DNA from: Octopus vulgaris
Taxonomy: Eukaryota
Direction of reading: 5' to 3'
Assembly: GCA_951406725.2 (NCBI GenBank)
Contig: OX597825.1
Location: 15,086,001 to 15,148,000, forward strand
Length of the DNA: 62,000 nt
Both the position numbers and the translations under genes were made by a program. Under the pieces are notes generated by a model, which searched no databases, was not told the DNA's origin, and worked only from the letters and a program-made list of their open reading frames with translations. The number at the start of each line of letters is the position of its first letter. The first letter of the stretch is position 1. This document shows, piece after piece, positions 25,735-38,691 of the stretch.

Positions 25735-26485
25735 ATAGACAGACGCATAGTAAGACAGAGAGAGACAGAGAGACATAAAGACAGATGGACAGACGTATAG
25801 AAAGACAGAGAGAGACATAGAGACAGAAAGACAGATAGACAGACGCATAGAAAGACAGAGAGAGACAGAGAGACAGAAAGACAGATGGACAGACGTATAG
25901 AAAGACAGAGAGAGACAGAGAGAAAGAAAGACAGCTAGACAGACGTATAGAAAGACAGAGAGAGACAGAGAGACAGAAAGACAGATAGACAGACGCATAG
26001 AAAGACAGAGAGACAGAAAGACAGATGGACAGACGTATAGAAAGACAGAGAGAGACAGAGAGAAAGAAAGACAGCTAGACAGACGTATAGAAAGACAGAG
26101 AGAGACAGAGAGACAGAAAGACAGATAGACAGACGCATAGAAAGACAGAGACAGACAGAGAGACAGAAAGACAGATAGACAGACGCATAGAAAGACAGAG
26201 AGACAGAAAGACAGATGGACGGACGTATAGAAAGACAGAGACGGAGAGAGAGACAGAAAGACAGATAGACAGACGTATAGAAAGACAGAGAGACAGAAAG
26301 ACAGATATACAGACGTATAGAAAGACAGGGAGATACAGAGAGACAGAAAGACAGATGGACGGACGTATAGAAAGACAGAGAGACAGAAAGATAGATTGAC
26401 AGACGCATAGAAAGACAGAGACAGACAGAAAGACAGAAGGACAGACGTATAGAAAGACAGAGAGAGACAGAGAGACGAGACAGAA
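25735..26485. repeat. Purine-rich minisatellite, ~40-50-bp variant units built from GACA/GAGA/GATA tetramers
   Basis: ACAGACG(C/T)ATAGAAAGACAGAG recurs with variable GAGA spacers. It explains the SVSLSL-type ORFs. Confidence 0.92.
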
Positions 26486-26870
26486 GCACAGATACACAGA
26501 CGATATTAAAAAAATTCTTATTCAAACGATATTTCTTCAATAAAACAGTCATACCGATCTCTTTCAAAGATCAATGTTTGGCTAACTTCGTACATGTGAC
26601 TCATCACAATATGGTTTCAAAGTCATTACATTTCTCAGACATGAATTTACCAAATTGTATCAAGACATATTAGTTTTTACCGAATTTGAAATTTCGTAAA
26701 AAGCAATATTAATAAAAATGGTAAAGTTATTATTTTTCTGCTCTTCATATTTTCAAAAGTAGCTCCTGCATTGCTCATTTCTCCTCACTCTTTATCTCTC
26801 TCTCTTTCTTTCTCTCTTTATCTGCCCCCTCCCTCTCATTCGTTCTTCTCTATATATACATACATATACA

Positions 26871-26935
<65 letters not shown>

Positions 26936-26937
<2 letters not shown>

Positions 26938-27117
26938 TAGAGACAAAACCACTATTAGGCAAATCATACAATGAAAAGCTTAAGCCAATACATAAGATTA
27001 TTTAATTTATATTATTCAAATATATAACAAAATTATTAAAAAATATAATTAATATAACACTACGATCGTTTCATGGCGGTTAATTTCTTTAAATTTTCGA
27101 GTTACAGTCATTCATCA
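26936..27117 (-). mobile_element. Penelope-like fragment between two (TA)n tracts with a 5'-truncated hammerhead
   Basis: The minus strand starts TGATGA-ATGAC...GCCAT-GAAAC-GATC-GTA-GTGTT. C3 of the core and the 5' strand of stem I are replaced by (TA)n. Confidence 0.6.
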
Positions 27118-27169
27118 TATATATATATACACACACGATTTAACTTATACTTATTTGTCCAAATTATTT

Positions 27170-27430
<261 letters not shown>

Positions 27431-28105
27431 TAATATGAGGGGTTTTGTTCTCTGGTGATCTAAACGAATAGGTAAGATGAGTAAGTGCGATAATAGATTA
27501 TCCGTTAGGTTCTATGTTCACAGCTGAAATCCATGGGTTATAAACTGTGAATTTCCCAGTCCAGAACTTTCCTACATACCCACATTGCCTCTGATGACGG
27601 AATACCCAAAGTACGGACATGCTAATCTATCATTTAGGACATTGAAGCAACAGCTGTAAGAATTCAAATTCACCTTATTTAATTATATAGTCTAAATGAC
27701 TTGCGATACCCGTCCTGCCTTGGTTCTTTTTTTTTATTTTTACCGTAATATTATATATATATATATATGCAGAATTTTGGTTAGTTGAAATATGTTTGTG
27801 ACATATTTCAACTGTTAAAGCCAATTACACTGGAGTAACTATGGGGGGAAAAAAATCTTATGATAAAAGTTTGAGAAAACAGTCAATTTGTTCAGTGTTG
27901 CCATGTCTTAGAAACATGAGACATCGATACTTCGAGTTGTTTTACTTTTGTCAATGAGATGTACCTAAGTGCGCTAACATCTCGTATATACCATATAAGA
28001 TATTAATGTATATATACGTATGTGTGTGTCTGTGTTAGTGTGTGTGTGTGCATGCATTTGTGTATAAGTGTGTGTATATATATATATATATATGTCTGTG
28101 TGTGT

Positions 28106-28173
<68 letters not shown>

Positions 28174-29605
28174 CACGTCCTGCTCTTCTTTTGCAAGAAA
28201 TTTACTCATATATTGCACCTTTGAACTCATACAAATTTTCTAGCATAAATCTTTGTTTAGTTGATTTTTTTTTCTTTTCCTATTTAGAAATAGCAAAATT
28301 TATGTTTTGTATATTTTGTATAAAAGGTTCTCTTTTTGTAAACGGTGTAAAATACATTAAGAATTAATTGACTTTAAGAAGAACGATTTTAGATAGCTTC
28401 AGAGTTATTTGTGTTTACTAATGTATTGCTTTTTGGCACTCACGTTTCTCTTCAGTTCAGATGAATATGATCGAAATATCTTTATTAGCAACAAACATTA
28501 TATAACATCATGTCCAGCATACTCCTTCATCAACTTCAATATGACGGCAAATTATTAACGTTTCGAAATCACTGCGACTTTCTATATCGATGCTAATGTT
28601 GGACGCGTATGTAAAAATAATGGAAATAGCCGTTGTTAATGTTTTATTTGCTACCTTCTTGTGTAGGTTGATTCAGTCTAGATTTTGATCAAAGCTGGTG
28701 AGATTCTCCCCATCTCTTTTTACTCGTAAACTATTCCCATCTCCATTAATTGTAACGCACTGTCTGCTTAACGTCATTCACATTCAATATTGCTAGCTCA
28801 TGTAGACTTGTTCATAGCTTACAGCAGTCAATAACTGGGAAAGATGCCACAATGAAACGTCATACTGAGTTACTTATTGTTTGAAATGCATGAACCATGT
28901 CATTTATTTCAGTTGATGCAATCGCTCATATAATGATTATATTTCCATTTGCTCTTTTTTATCGTTTATGTTTTTTAATGCATTTCTTTATGGAGAGAAT
29001 AGAGTACGCAAATAATTGCAAATATGTGGTACTAAGTATTCAAGTAACAATATACTGCATTCAGTAGTAAAAAAAAAACAAAAACAAAACAAATATATTT
29101 ACAAAGAAAGGAAATAGCTACAAAGCTAACGGACATGATTATCTACATATAATCATTAGACAAAATAACATGAGAAATATTTTTCCATGAATATTATTTT
29201 ACATTATTCATACATCTATCTATCTAGATCGGTGTTTTCATTATTACGTAATATTTGTGTATCTCGTGGTTTACATATTAATATATACACTTCCAATACA
29301 TTTTGTATCTATGCTAAATGGTTGTCTAATCTATATCTATCATTGTATACGTTGGCGATGCAATTGTCATTGTTTAGTTTGTTTTTTTTATTAAGCTTTT
29401 ACCAGGAACGAGGTTAAGATTTCGATTAGATTTGGGGAGCAATTCTATAAATCACTTTATCCGATCTAAATAGGAAAAAACCTAAAAACAAATTACAGTG
29501 GTGACGATGGGTGAGTACAAAGGCGCAATATTTGAGCAAATGTTTTGTAAAAAGAGAAAGCAACAGAATATATATATATATATATACAGAGTGAGAGAGC
29601 GAGAG

Positions 29606-29644
<39 letters not shown>

Positions 29645-29884
29645 CATACGTAATACATACATACACAATTGCAGCGTGGGATTTGTTATATGTCATTTAA
29701 AAACACACAAAAACCGTTAGATTCAATTCAACATTTAAATTTAATTTGCGAAAATATTAGTGTCGCTTTGAGACCGCGAGCTGTTCACTTACAAAATTAA
29801 ATAGACATCCTTATAATCATTACAATTTATTCAAATCTGAAATTATACGTTCAAATTATTCATCAATTGTTATAATGTGAATAT

Positions 29885-30660
29885 TTAGTATTTAGTAGAC
29901 ATGTCCCTTGGATTTTGCAATGCAAGGAGACTATTAGGCAGGTTACTGATCAGATGACGAATATTTTCTTGCAGAATTTCTTGCCAAATTTCATGCAGTA
30001 ATCTCAAAATATCTGGCTTCGAAAATGCTTTCTTGTTCTTTTTGTTAATTATCCTGTCCATTATGTCCTAGAGGTGTTCAATGGGGTTCATATCTAGTGA
30101 CAGGCTTGGTCATGGTAGCCTTTTCATGCCATTCTCATCCACCAAATATTGGGTCTTCTTAGCCATGTGACAAGGAGCCCCACCTTCCTTTAATAAACGG
30201 TTTTCATTAATCCTTTCGTCATTGGAGAAGGTTGAAATTAGTCCTTTCTGCTATAAGGTTTACATATTTATCTGAGTTTCTGTTACCCTCACACTGCACC
30301 AGCTCTAGTCAACCATGGCTTCAAATTGCTTCCCAGACCATCACAGAATTGCTGCCGTGCTTCAGTGTTGGCTGCAACCTTTTCAAATCAAATTCTTAAG
30401 CACGGAGTCTCCAGACACACATTCGATCACTGTCTGGAAATACAGCAAATCTGGACTCTCCAGAGACTATGCCAATGTCCCAAAATGTTACTGGCCTCTC
30501 CACTATGTCACTGGCCCAATCTTTTCTCTACTTGATATTGGCTAGTCGAAGAATTGGCTTCTTTCTTGCTGCTCTGCCATAGTAACCAATTTTGTGCAGA
30601 TAACTAACGGCTTTTCTGGGACTGACATCAACTTGTTCTGCTATGTCAGATGCCTTTCAT
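29885..30660 (-). pseudogene. Tc1-type (DD34E) transposase remnant
   Basis: Minus-strand reading YLHKIGYYGRAARKKP...SGESRFAVFPDSDRMCVWR...TLKHGSNSVMVW...GGAPCHMAK...PSLSLDMNPIEHL...STKY*, with stops and frameshifts. Confidence 0.92.
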
Positions 30661-30737
30661 CGAGACCTACAATAGGGCCGCTTTCAGATCCGGACAGTTC
30701 GATGGATCCTTTTGTTTATGTCATGATTAAACAGTTG

Positions 30738-30805
30738 ACTAAATGCGGTGCTCCAGCGTGGCCAGAGTCAAATGGCTAAAACTAATACAAGAATAAAAGA
30801 ATATA
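30738..30805 (+). mobile_element. SINE family A 3' tail fragment
   Basis: GACTAAATGCGGTGCTCCAGCGTGGCCAGAGTCAAATGGCTAAAAC matches the family A tail. Confidence 0.65.
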
Positions 30806-31002
30806 GAACCTGAAACATCAAAATGTCAATTAATAAATAATATAAACCATTACAAGTTAGAATAAATATAAAACAATGTTTTATAGAGCGTCTATTTCCT
30901 TCTGCCATGTCTGTGTATGTATATGTGTGTATATATATATATATATACAAGTCTGTGTCTGTGTGTGCCTGTGTAGATATGTATGTATTGATATATGTAC
31001 GT

Positions 31003-31312
31003 GGGGGCGCAATGGCCTGCGGTTAGGTTGTGAGTTCGAATCCCGGACCTAGCTGCGTATTGTGTTCTTGAGCAAGACGCTATTTCACATTGCTCCGGTT
31101 CACTCAGCTGTAGAAATGATTTGTGACGTCAGAGGTACCAAGTTGTATCGGCCTTTGCCTTTCCTTTGGATACCACTGGTGGCATGGAGAGGGCAGGCTG
31201 GTATACATGGGCGACTGCTTGTCTTCCATAAACAACCTTGCCCGGACTTGTACCTGGGAGGGTAACGTTCTATGTGCAATTCCACGGCCAGTCATGACCG
31301 AAGGGGGTCTCA
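31003..31312 (+). mobile_element. tRNA-derived SINE family C
   Basis: GGGGCGCAATGGCC head, B box GAGTTCGAATCC, TGTGTTCTTGAGCAAGAC and CACATTGCTCCGGTTCACTCAGCTG central block. Confidence 0.7.
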
Positions 31313-31330
31313 GCATATATATATATATAT

Positions 31331-31360
<30 letters not shown>

Positions 31361-31364
<4 letters not shown>

Positions 31365-31608
31365 GACAATAATCCCGAAACTAGTCCGAGCGTATCACTC
31401 AGGCTTGCGAGAAAGGGATAGCCTCCCTTTGCAAATACTTCAAGAGCACTGAAATGGTGTCTAAAGCCAGCTGGAGACGACGATCTCCTGGGGCTATAGA
31501 GCTAGAGTAACACCCCCTCCCCTATGTGGTTAGCCATATTAAGATGGCTTCTATACTTTACATTATCGAGCGATTACTGTTTACATTTCATTCAGAGATT
31601 TAATAATG

Positions 31609-31610
<2 letters not shown>
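31361..31610 (+). mobile_element. Possible Penelope-like fragment between (TA)n tracts, beginning with the 3' half of a hammerhead
   Basis: GGGA-CAATAA-TCCC, GAAAC-TA-GTC (palindromic ACTAGT). Flanked by (TA)n on both sides. The CTGANGA core is absent. Confidence 0.4.
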
Positions 31611-31668
<58 letters not shown>

Positions 31669-32292
31669 TATAGATAGATAGATATATAGATATAGATATA
31701 TAGATATATAGATATATATATATATAGAAGGTTGACGGACTCGTACCAGCAGCAGGCAGCAATATGCTTATACGATCATACAGGAGGACAGGGGATAAGT
31801 ATCGATTGGTATTTCGAAAAGCAGAAAAGAACATTAGATTTACGTATCGTACTCAAAGTAAATGGCTTGTTAAAAGGCAACACTGCTAAAAGTTCCTTGT
31901 TGGCATATTACGAGGGAATCAGCAATCAATAAGTTAGCTCGTTCTCAATGCAATTATCAACATATAAATATTGTTACAAATTGAGGATTAACATTATTTG
32001 CCACCAAGTTTTTTAATGGTGTCGTATAATAATATCTATAGTATATTTTGTCGGTTAATTTTGAGAGTGATGCTTATATTTGATGGAATAAATATCTTTA
32101 GTCTTAAGCATAAAGACGTGCTGCTGTCAACTTTTCGACTATAGGATCTTATGTTAAAGGTTTCAGAAACGTTCTTGTATACTTTTCCTGAGATGCTGTT
32201 ATCATTCCATCCACTTCAAACACACATACATACAAAAATACATTCACATAGATATATATATGTATATATAATATATTATATATATACATATA

Positions 32293-32331
<39 letters not shown>

Positions 32332-33490
32332 TCGCACATGCACATGGTAGTTCACTTCTATGGCAATCTATGGAAGTGGAATCGTTTAAGGGATGCTGGA
32401 AAAGCGTCCAGGAGTAACTGTCTACAATATTTCAGAGAAGTTGAAAAGTTGAAAACACACCATTTCAATGCATTTGCTGGATTCCATTAGTGTCCAAAGT
32501 TAAGCTTTTGAAAGGAGGCAGTTATTGACAGTTATAGTATATCTTAATATGTCACATGAAAATATTTAGACATAAATATAAATCCGCACACTTTTATTAG
32601 GAGTAATGTTAATAGCAGGAAAATATTTGTGAGTGAATGCGTGTCATAGTCTTTGACTGTGTTTGCGTATATGTAGGCGTGTTTAAGTGCGTACATTTTT
32701 AAATGTGTATCTGTAAATATTTCTGTTTGTGTGTTTCTGTACATATTTGCTTGTGTGATACTGTGTATGTGTGCCTGTACGTAAATTTCTATCACACAGA
32801 CATATACTTACACACACATACAAACAAACACATACATATATATTCTTAAGTATATACTATATTTTTTTTATCTCAATTTATATCCAGTTTCGATTGAAGA
32901 TACGGATTTAAACTGAGAGCTTTCGTTGTATTTTAGCTTTAATATTTTAGGCTTCTTAAGATATCTGTGTGTAAAAAATGCCACTTCACTTTGTCCATAT
33001 TTTATCTATGATTGTTACAAAATCCTCTTAGCCATTACACTTCGGTGTCTAAAGTAAATACTTAAATCTTTCTCTAGCAATTTATCTCTTACATAACAGA
33101 TTGCATATAGATTCTATATCTCATTATTAGATTCTATATCTTATAAATAATTTGGTTGTTATCTTTAATAATTTTATCCTTCCATTACAACTGATCTCCT
33201 ATACCCTAAACCATATGGCCAATGGTGCCTCTCGACCGCACTGATTTAAACTGAATGTGATAGATACCTAGAAAGAGAAAAGAGATAAGAGAGGGACATA
33301 TATTGTGACATATAGTGTGAGAGTGAGAGAAACAGAGATGGTCGTAATACAAGTATATACAAAGTGTGATTACATTCAGCAATAATACAAAAGCAATCGT
33401 TGGAGATATGATTCATTGCATGGCTTGATAAGGTTAACCTTTTTAAATCAATTGACGCAAAAGGAAACAAACGTTATATTGTACTAACTA

Positions 33491-34190
33491 GTACTAACTA
33501 TTTTCATTTTTATGTACTTTGTACATCAGATATAAACTGCAGTAATAATAAACATTTGGTCAATAATATGAGCCCCTATTTCGAATAATTTGTTATGCTT
33601 CCCACGTTATTGTGTTTCTGGAGGTTATTCCCTTTAAAGGGGTGAACGTGTGATTCAGTGCTTTAGCCACAAAATATATTTTATAATCAGAGCCGAGATC
33701 AAAGCATCACGACAAAGCAAGGAAGAGATCAGCTGATTGACACTAGTTCGAGTTACTTTATTCTCTTTCTACATCTATAGGAATACTGTGTAACTCTACC
33801 GAAAGAAAGTGAACTCTCGCTCTTCTGGATAGTATATATAGTACTAACTATTTTCATTTTCATGTACTTTGTATATGAGATATAAACCGAAGTAATAATA
33901 AAAATTTGATCCATAATATGAGCCCCTAATTCGAATAATTTATGATGCTTCCCACGTTATTGTTCTTCTGGACGTTATTCCCTTTAATGGAGTGAAAGTG
34001 TGATTCAGTGCTTTGGTCACAAAATATGGATATAACCAGAGCCGTGATCAAAGCGCGACTACAAACTAAGGGAGAGATCAGGTGATTGACACCAGTCCGA
34101 ATTAGTTACTTCTCTGTCTACATCTATAGGTATACTGTGTAACTCTACCGAAAGAAATTGAACCCTCGATTTTCTGGATAGTATATATAT
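33491..34190. repeat. Diverged direct tandem duplication, 350-bp period
   Basis: GTACTAACTATTTTCATTTT starts at 33491 and 33841. Both units end CTGGATAGTATATATA. The units are colinear with many substitutions. Confidence 0.92.
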
Positions 34191-35321
34191 ATATTTATAG
34201 CATATGCAACAATCCCATAACTTATATCTAGGATGCATATTTTGAGAGGTTCGCCAAGGTCAACAATTCTTGTAGGGGAATAAGTAATGAATTTTATTAT
34301 ATTAGATTTTTACTTTTAGTTTAATAGACGTTACTCACATTTTATTTCTCTATTCAGGATATTTCTATTCAATTCGTGCTACTCTATTATTTCTGATTAT
34401 GACTCCATCAGTGAAAAGAAAATTATTTGTATATATATGTGTGTATATATATTTCAATGGAAATTACAAAGAATGTTATTCTTGCATTGCATTTGTATGG
34501 AACTGTTCTTCAATAAATAGCATCCCAACGATAAAGCAACAAATGTTTTTTTTTGTTTTTTTGCTTTTTTGCATTTGCTGTATACTTTATTCATATTTTT
34601 CAAATATATTGCGAGATTTCACTTCTTATCAAAATATGCCTCTTAGTATTGTTGTGGATATTTTCTTTTATATTCTTTACTGCTTTTTTTCATTATTATC
34701 ATTATTATTATTTCCTTTCGCTTCAAATATTTGTATGGGTATTTCAAATTTTCCTCTCAGAATGGCAGAAACTAAATTGTGACTTGAAATAAGTGTTTTT
34801 ATATAATATAAAATTTATCAGAATATGTGTTTCTCAGATCCAGTGAGAGGTAGCTTCAGTGCAGTAGTTCTGTCATGTGACAAAATAAAAAGAAATGTAA
34901 TATTTCAACGTACAAATCAGAGAGTAAATATAGGATGTTAAAAAAGGCTCCGTCAATAATGCACGTAATGGAATGGAAAAAGAAGAGCAATATTTGTCAA
35001 ACTGGTGATGCTATCTAGCTATAATATTATATGTATAATGAAAAGAAAATGTGAGACCAGCACGATTTCTTCTCTAGAAATATGATGAAATATTCATTCC
35101 CATTATACACTCAAACTCGTTTGATTTTTTTTTCTTAAAGGTATCTATGATCTAATATCTATCTGCACCGTAATATTCCTTAGATATTTCCCCTTATCTC
35201 ACTCGCTATTCCTCAAAATTCCTCTCGTATCAGTCTTTGTTTACGCTTGTTCATATATTTTCAGTAAAATTTTACAGTAATAAATTAACCGTTAATTGCA
35301 TTAATTTAATAAACTACACAT

Positions 35322-35732
35322 AGGCGCAGGAGTGGCTGTGTGGTAAGTAGCTTGCTAACCAACCACATGGTTCCGGGTTCAGTCCCACTGCGTGGCATCT
35401 TGGGCAAGTGTGTTCTGCTATAGCCCCGGGCCGACCAATGCCTTGTGAGTGGATTTGGTAGACGGAAACTGAAAGAAGCCTGTCGTATATATGTATATAT
35501 ATATGTATGTGTGTGTGTTTGTGTGTCTGTGTTTGTCCCCCTAACATTGCTTGACAACTGATGCTGGTGTGTTTACGTCCCCGTCACTTAGCGGTTCGGC
35601 AAAAACATACCGATAGAATAAGCACTGGGCTTACAAACAAATAATAAGTCCCGGGGTCGAGTTGCTCGACTAAAGGCGGTGCTCCAGCATGGCCGCAGTC
35701 AAATGACTGAAACAAGTAAAAGAGTAAAGAGT
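35322..35732 (+). mobile_element. SINE family A, full length
   Basis: Complete head to GTAAAAGAGTAAAGAG tail. Confidence 0.9.
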
Positions 35733-35999
35733 ATATCAGACAATATAAACAAAAATGAAACGTAAAATCTAGTGAGTAAATGTCTAAACATTAGGTCAAC
35801 GAGGTAAGAATACCGCCAAATGTATTTTGCATCATGGTTCACTGTCTCGAAGAAAAAACAAATATTGAATATTATAGGTATTGATATTGAATGAGATGAG
35901 AAGACTTTAATCATATGCTTATGATGCAAACACTGGCATATAGCTAAACAATTACTACATCATCGCTGAGTCATGGTTTGGGTTCATTTTATCTTTAAT

Positions 36000-36225
36000 T
36001 GAGAGTGGCTTCAAGTGTTGGCACCAAGCCAGCAGTTTGGGAGGAGGGGTAAGTAGGTTACATCGACACCATTTCTCAACTGGTACTTAACTTCTCGACG
36101 CCGAAAGGAAGAAAGACAAAACCGACCTCAGCAGTATTTGAACTCAGAAAGTAAAGACGGATGAAATGCCGCTAAGTAATGTGCCCGGCGTGCTAACGAT
36201 TCTGCGAGATGTCGCCTTCAGAGTT
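36000..36225 (-). mobile_element. Family-B-type SINE, degenerate
   Basis: GGTACTTAACTTCTCGACGCCGAAAGGAAGAAAG...TTTGAACTCAGAA...CCCGGCGTGCTAACGATTCTGC. Confidence 0.7.
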
Positions 36226-36985
36226 CGAACGCTGAAAATAGGCTAATGGTACAGTCGAATAACATTCCATGTTGTAAAGTATTGCAACGTTTATCAGTCT
36301 ATGAGATCTACCAAATTACAGCTTTATTAACTATGATAGTCAATTATTAATCTATCCCAAGATAACAGCATCATAACGAAGAAAAACAAACTACCAAATC
36401 TTCGTATAATTAATAAATATACCATATTAATAAACATATCACTCGGCTCGTGATGTCACGGCACTGGCATGACTATACTCCCCAGATAACTGTACGACCT
36501 AATCAATCAAGCTCATTTCTCACTAAAATCATGATATTCGGTTTCATTTTACATATTTAAAAATGAATAGTTGTGGCTTCGATGCTTTCGCATGTTCTCT
36601 TATTGCAACTGGTCATTAATCAAATGATATTTGCGGCTCAACGAAGTTTAGTATTATTAATTATTAGAAACTTGATTTTAATTCCAACGTAATATCTAAT
36701 ATTCTATGCTGTTTTCATGAAAATCACGTACTTTATTCTTTGTAATATGCTTGAATACTCTTATAATTTGGCCGTTTCCAACATCCAAACATTTTAAGCA
36801 AAGATAGGTTTAGCCAAAGGAGAATCATAAACGGCTTCCTTACCCAAAATATTGTTTAGGTAACAAAAACAAAATATACGTTATATAGATAGATAGAGAG
36901 ATAGATAGACAGATATATAGATAATACACATATAGATACATTCATATGTATGCATGCATATATACATAGATATACATACATTCTG

Positions 36986-37047
<62 letters not shown>

Positions 37048-37084
37048 ATGTGTGTGTATGTGTGTGTACATATATGTGTATATA

Positions 37085-37131
<47 letters not shown>

Positions 37132-37139
37132 AGTTTATC

Positions 37140-37253
37140 CAAACAAGAAAACACAACAACGCGAGGACATGGAACACATATAGTATTATTGGACGCTCAG
37201 GAAAGAAGGGAAGAATGAGGGTTTAACGTTTCGAGCGGAGCTCTTTGTCTGAC
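37140..37253 (-). mobile_element. Possible Penelope-like fragment with degenerate minimal hammerhead
   Basis: Minus strand CAGACAA-AGAGC-TCC-GCTC-GAAAC-GTT-AAACC (palindromic AACGTT). The core is mutated and stem I is missing. Confidence 0.4.
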
Positions 37254-38532
37254 ACAGACACACACACCTACACACACATATATATATATATAAGTATATG
37301 TATTTACACTTATATATACATTCAATATTATGTTACATCACGCATTGTGTTCCAACAGAACAAGATCTAATGGACTTCTCTCCATGCAGTGTATCACTTC
37401 CAATCAGTTTCGAGTTCCTACTGCATCCTAAACTGTACAAAGTATTCAAACATGGTAATATAAGGTAAAACTGTATTGTGACATCAAAGGGAAATATTAA
37501 TTATGAGATTTAGTGTTGTAGTAAATGAGCTCAATTATGTTACTTTATTGTTATATATGATAAAATTGTTCATGAATATATTCAGTTAGTTAATTAAACT
37601 GAGATTAATTTTTTTTCGCGAGATCACTTGAAAATATGTGATGGCAAAGGTTCTTTCTTAAAATATTACTGCAGATTTTAACACTGAGAGATGAAAAGAA
37701 ACATTAAACATATGGGATTCGAAAAAAAAAAGTATATTAATTCTCATGTGAAAATGTCGGAACATTTAATTACACTCCTCAGCTATTTGGGTAAAGTCAT
37801 GACTTAATCGTGCTGTAGGTTTCCTGATTTCATTAGGAAAGCATGCTGATAAAGACTCCAGATCAATTTATGCTATTTTTATTGTATTGATATTGCGGGT
37901 TGTGTTTCTTTTAATTTCGTTTTCTACGAATTTCTTTCTGTGAACCAAAAATAAAACAAAATGCAGTGAAATGCTACAAAACGTGGCTTTTAAATCTCAA
38001 ATGCAAGAAATACTTATCACAGGAGATTATTTCCTTTTTGTACCTACATATATATTTTTTTCATTGTAGCTCTATATTGACATCAATCAGTCACCCACCA
38101 GCATATTTCACATGCTTTTCTTTTTACTGAACTTGTACAAAAGTGTATACATAACCTTACATGGAGAACTTTCTTTTCTTCTTGAATGTTGGGGTTTTTA
38201 TCTGAGCTTTTACTTGCACGTCATTATCGCTGCATATGTATTTATCAAAAGCATATATGTGCGTGAATGTGTATAGCGTTGTATATAATAAGAAGTACAT
38301 GTTGTGTCTTATATGGTAAAACTCGCATACTTATACATGCAGAAATTCTCGAATATGAGTGCATATATCCTGATGCGTGCATACCTGTAAATGTAAGCAG
38401 TTGGAAGTAATGCAGATTCGGTTAACAAGTCATGTATAGATTTTGCTGTAAAGGTAAACGTTAGCAACAAAAAAACCTGTTCTAAATCATTCTTTCTCAA
38501 ATGTATTTAGAGTGTTTTTTCTTTATTATAAG

Positions 38533-38691
38533 TCCAAGTACCAAATACATATCTATACGCAACGATACTCATGTATGTTGTCGTCGATGCGTAATCCCCG
38601 GCACTACCTTCACCACATCATGGTTTATAAGAACTGCTAAGAATATCAATAATGGTAAAAGTTTAGCCGAAATGTCAAGTAGAAATGTCAG
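38533..38691 (+). CDS. Speculative 159-nt symmetric exon
   Basis: Pyrimidine tract TTTTTTCTTTATTATAAG, donor CAG|GTAAGC, one open frame (PSTKYISIRNDTHVCCRRCVIPGTT...). No homology recognised. Confidence 0.15.

Noticed and set aside
27584-27626. CTGATGA-CGGAATACCC-AAA as a hammerhead
   Set aside because: GAAA, stem III and the cleavage triplet each need corrections.
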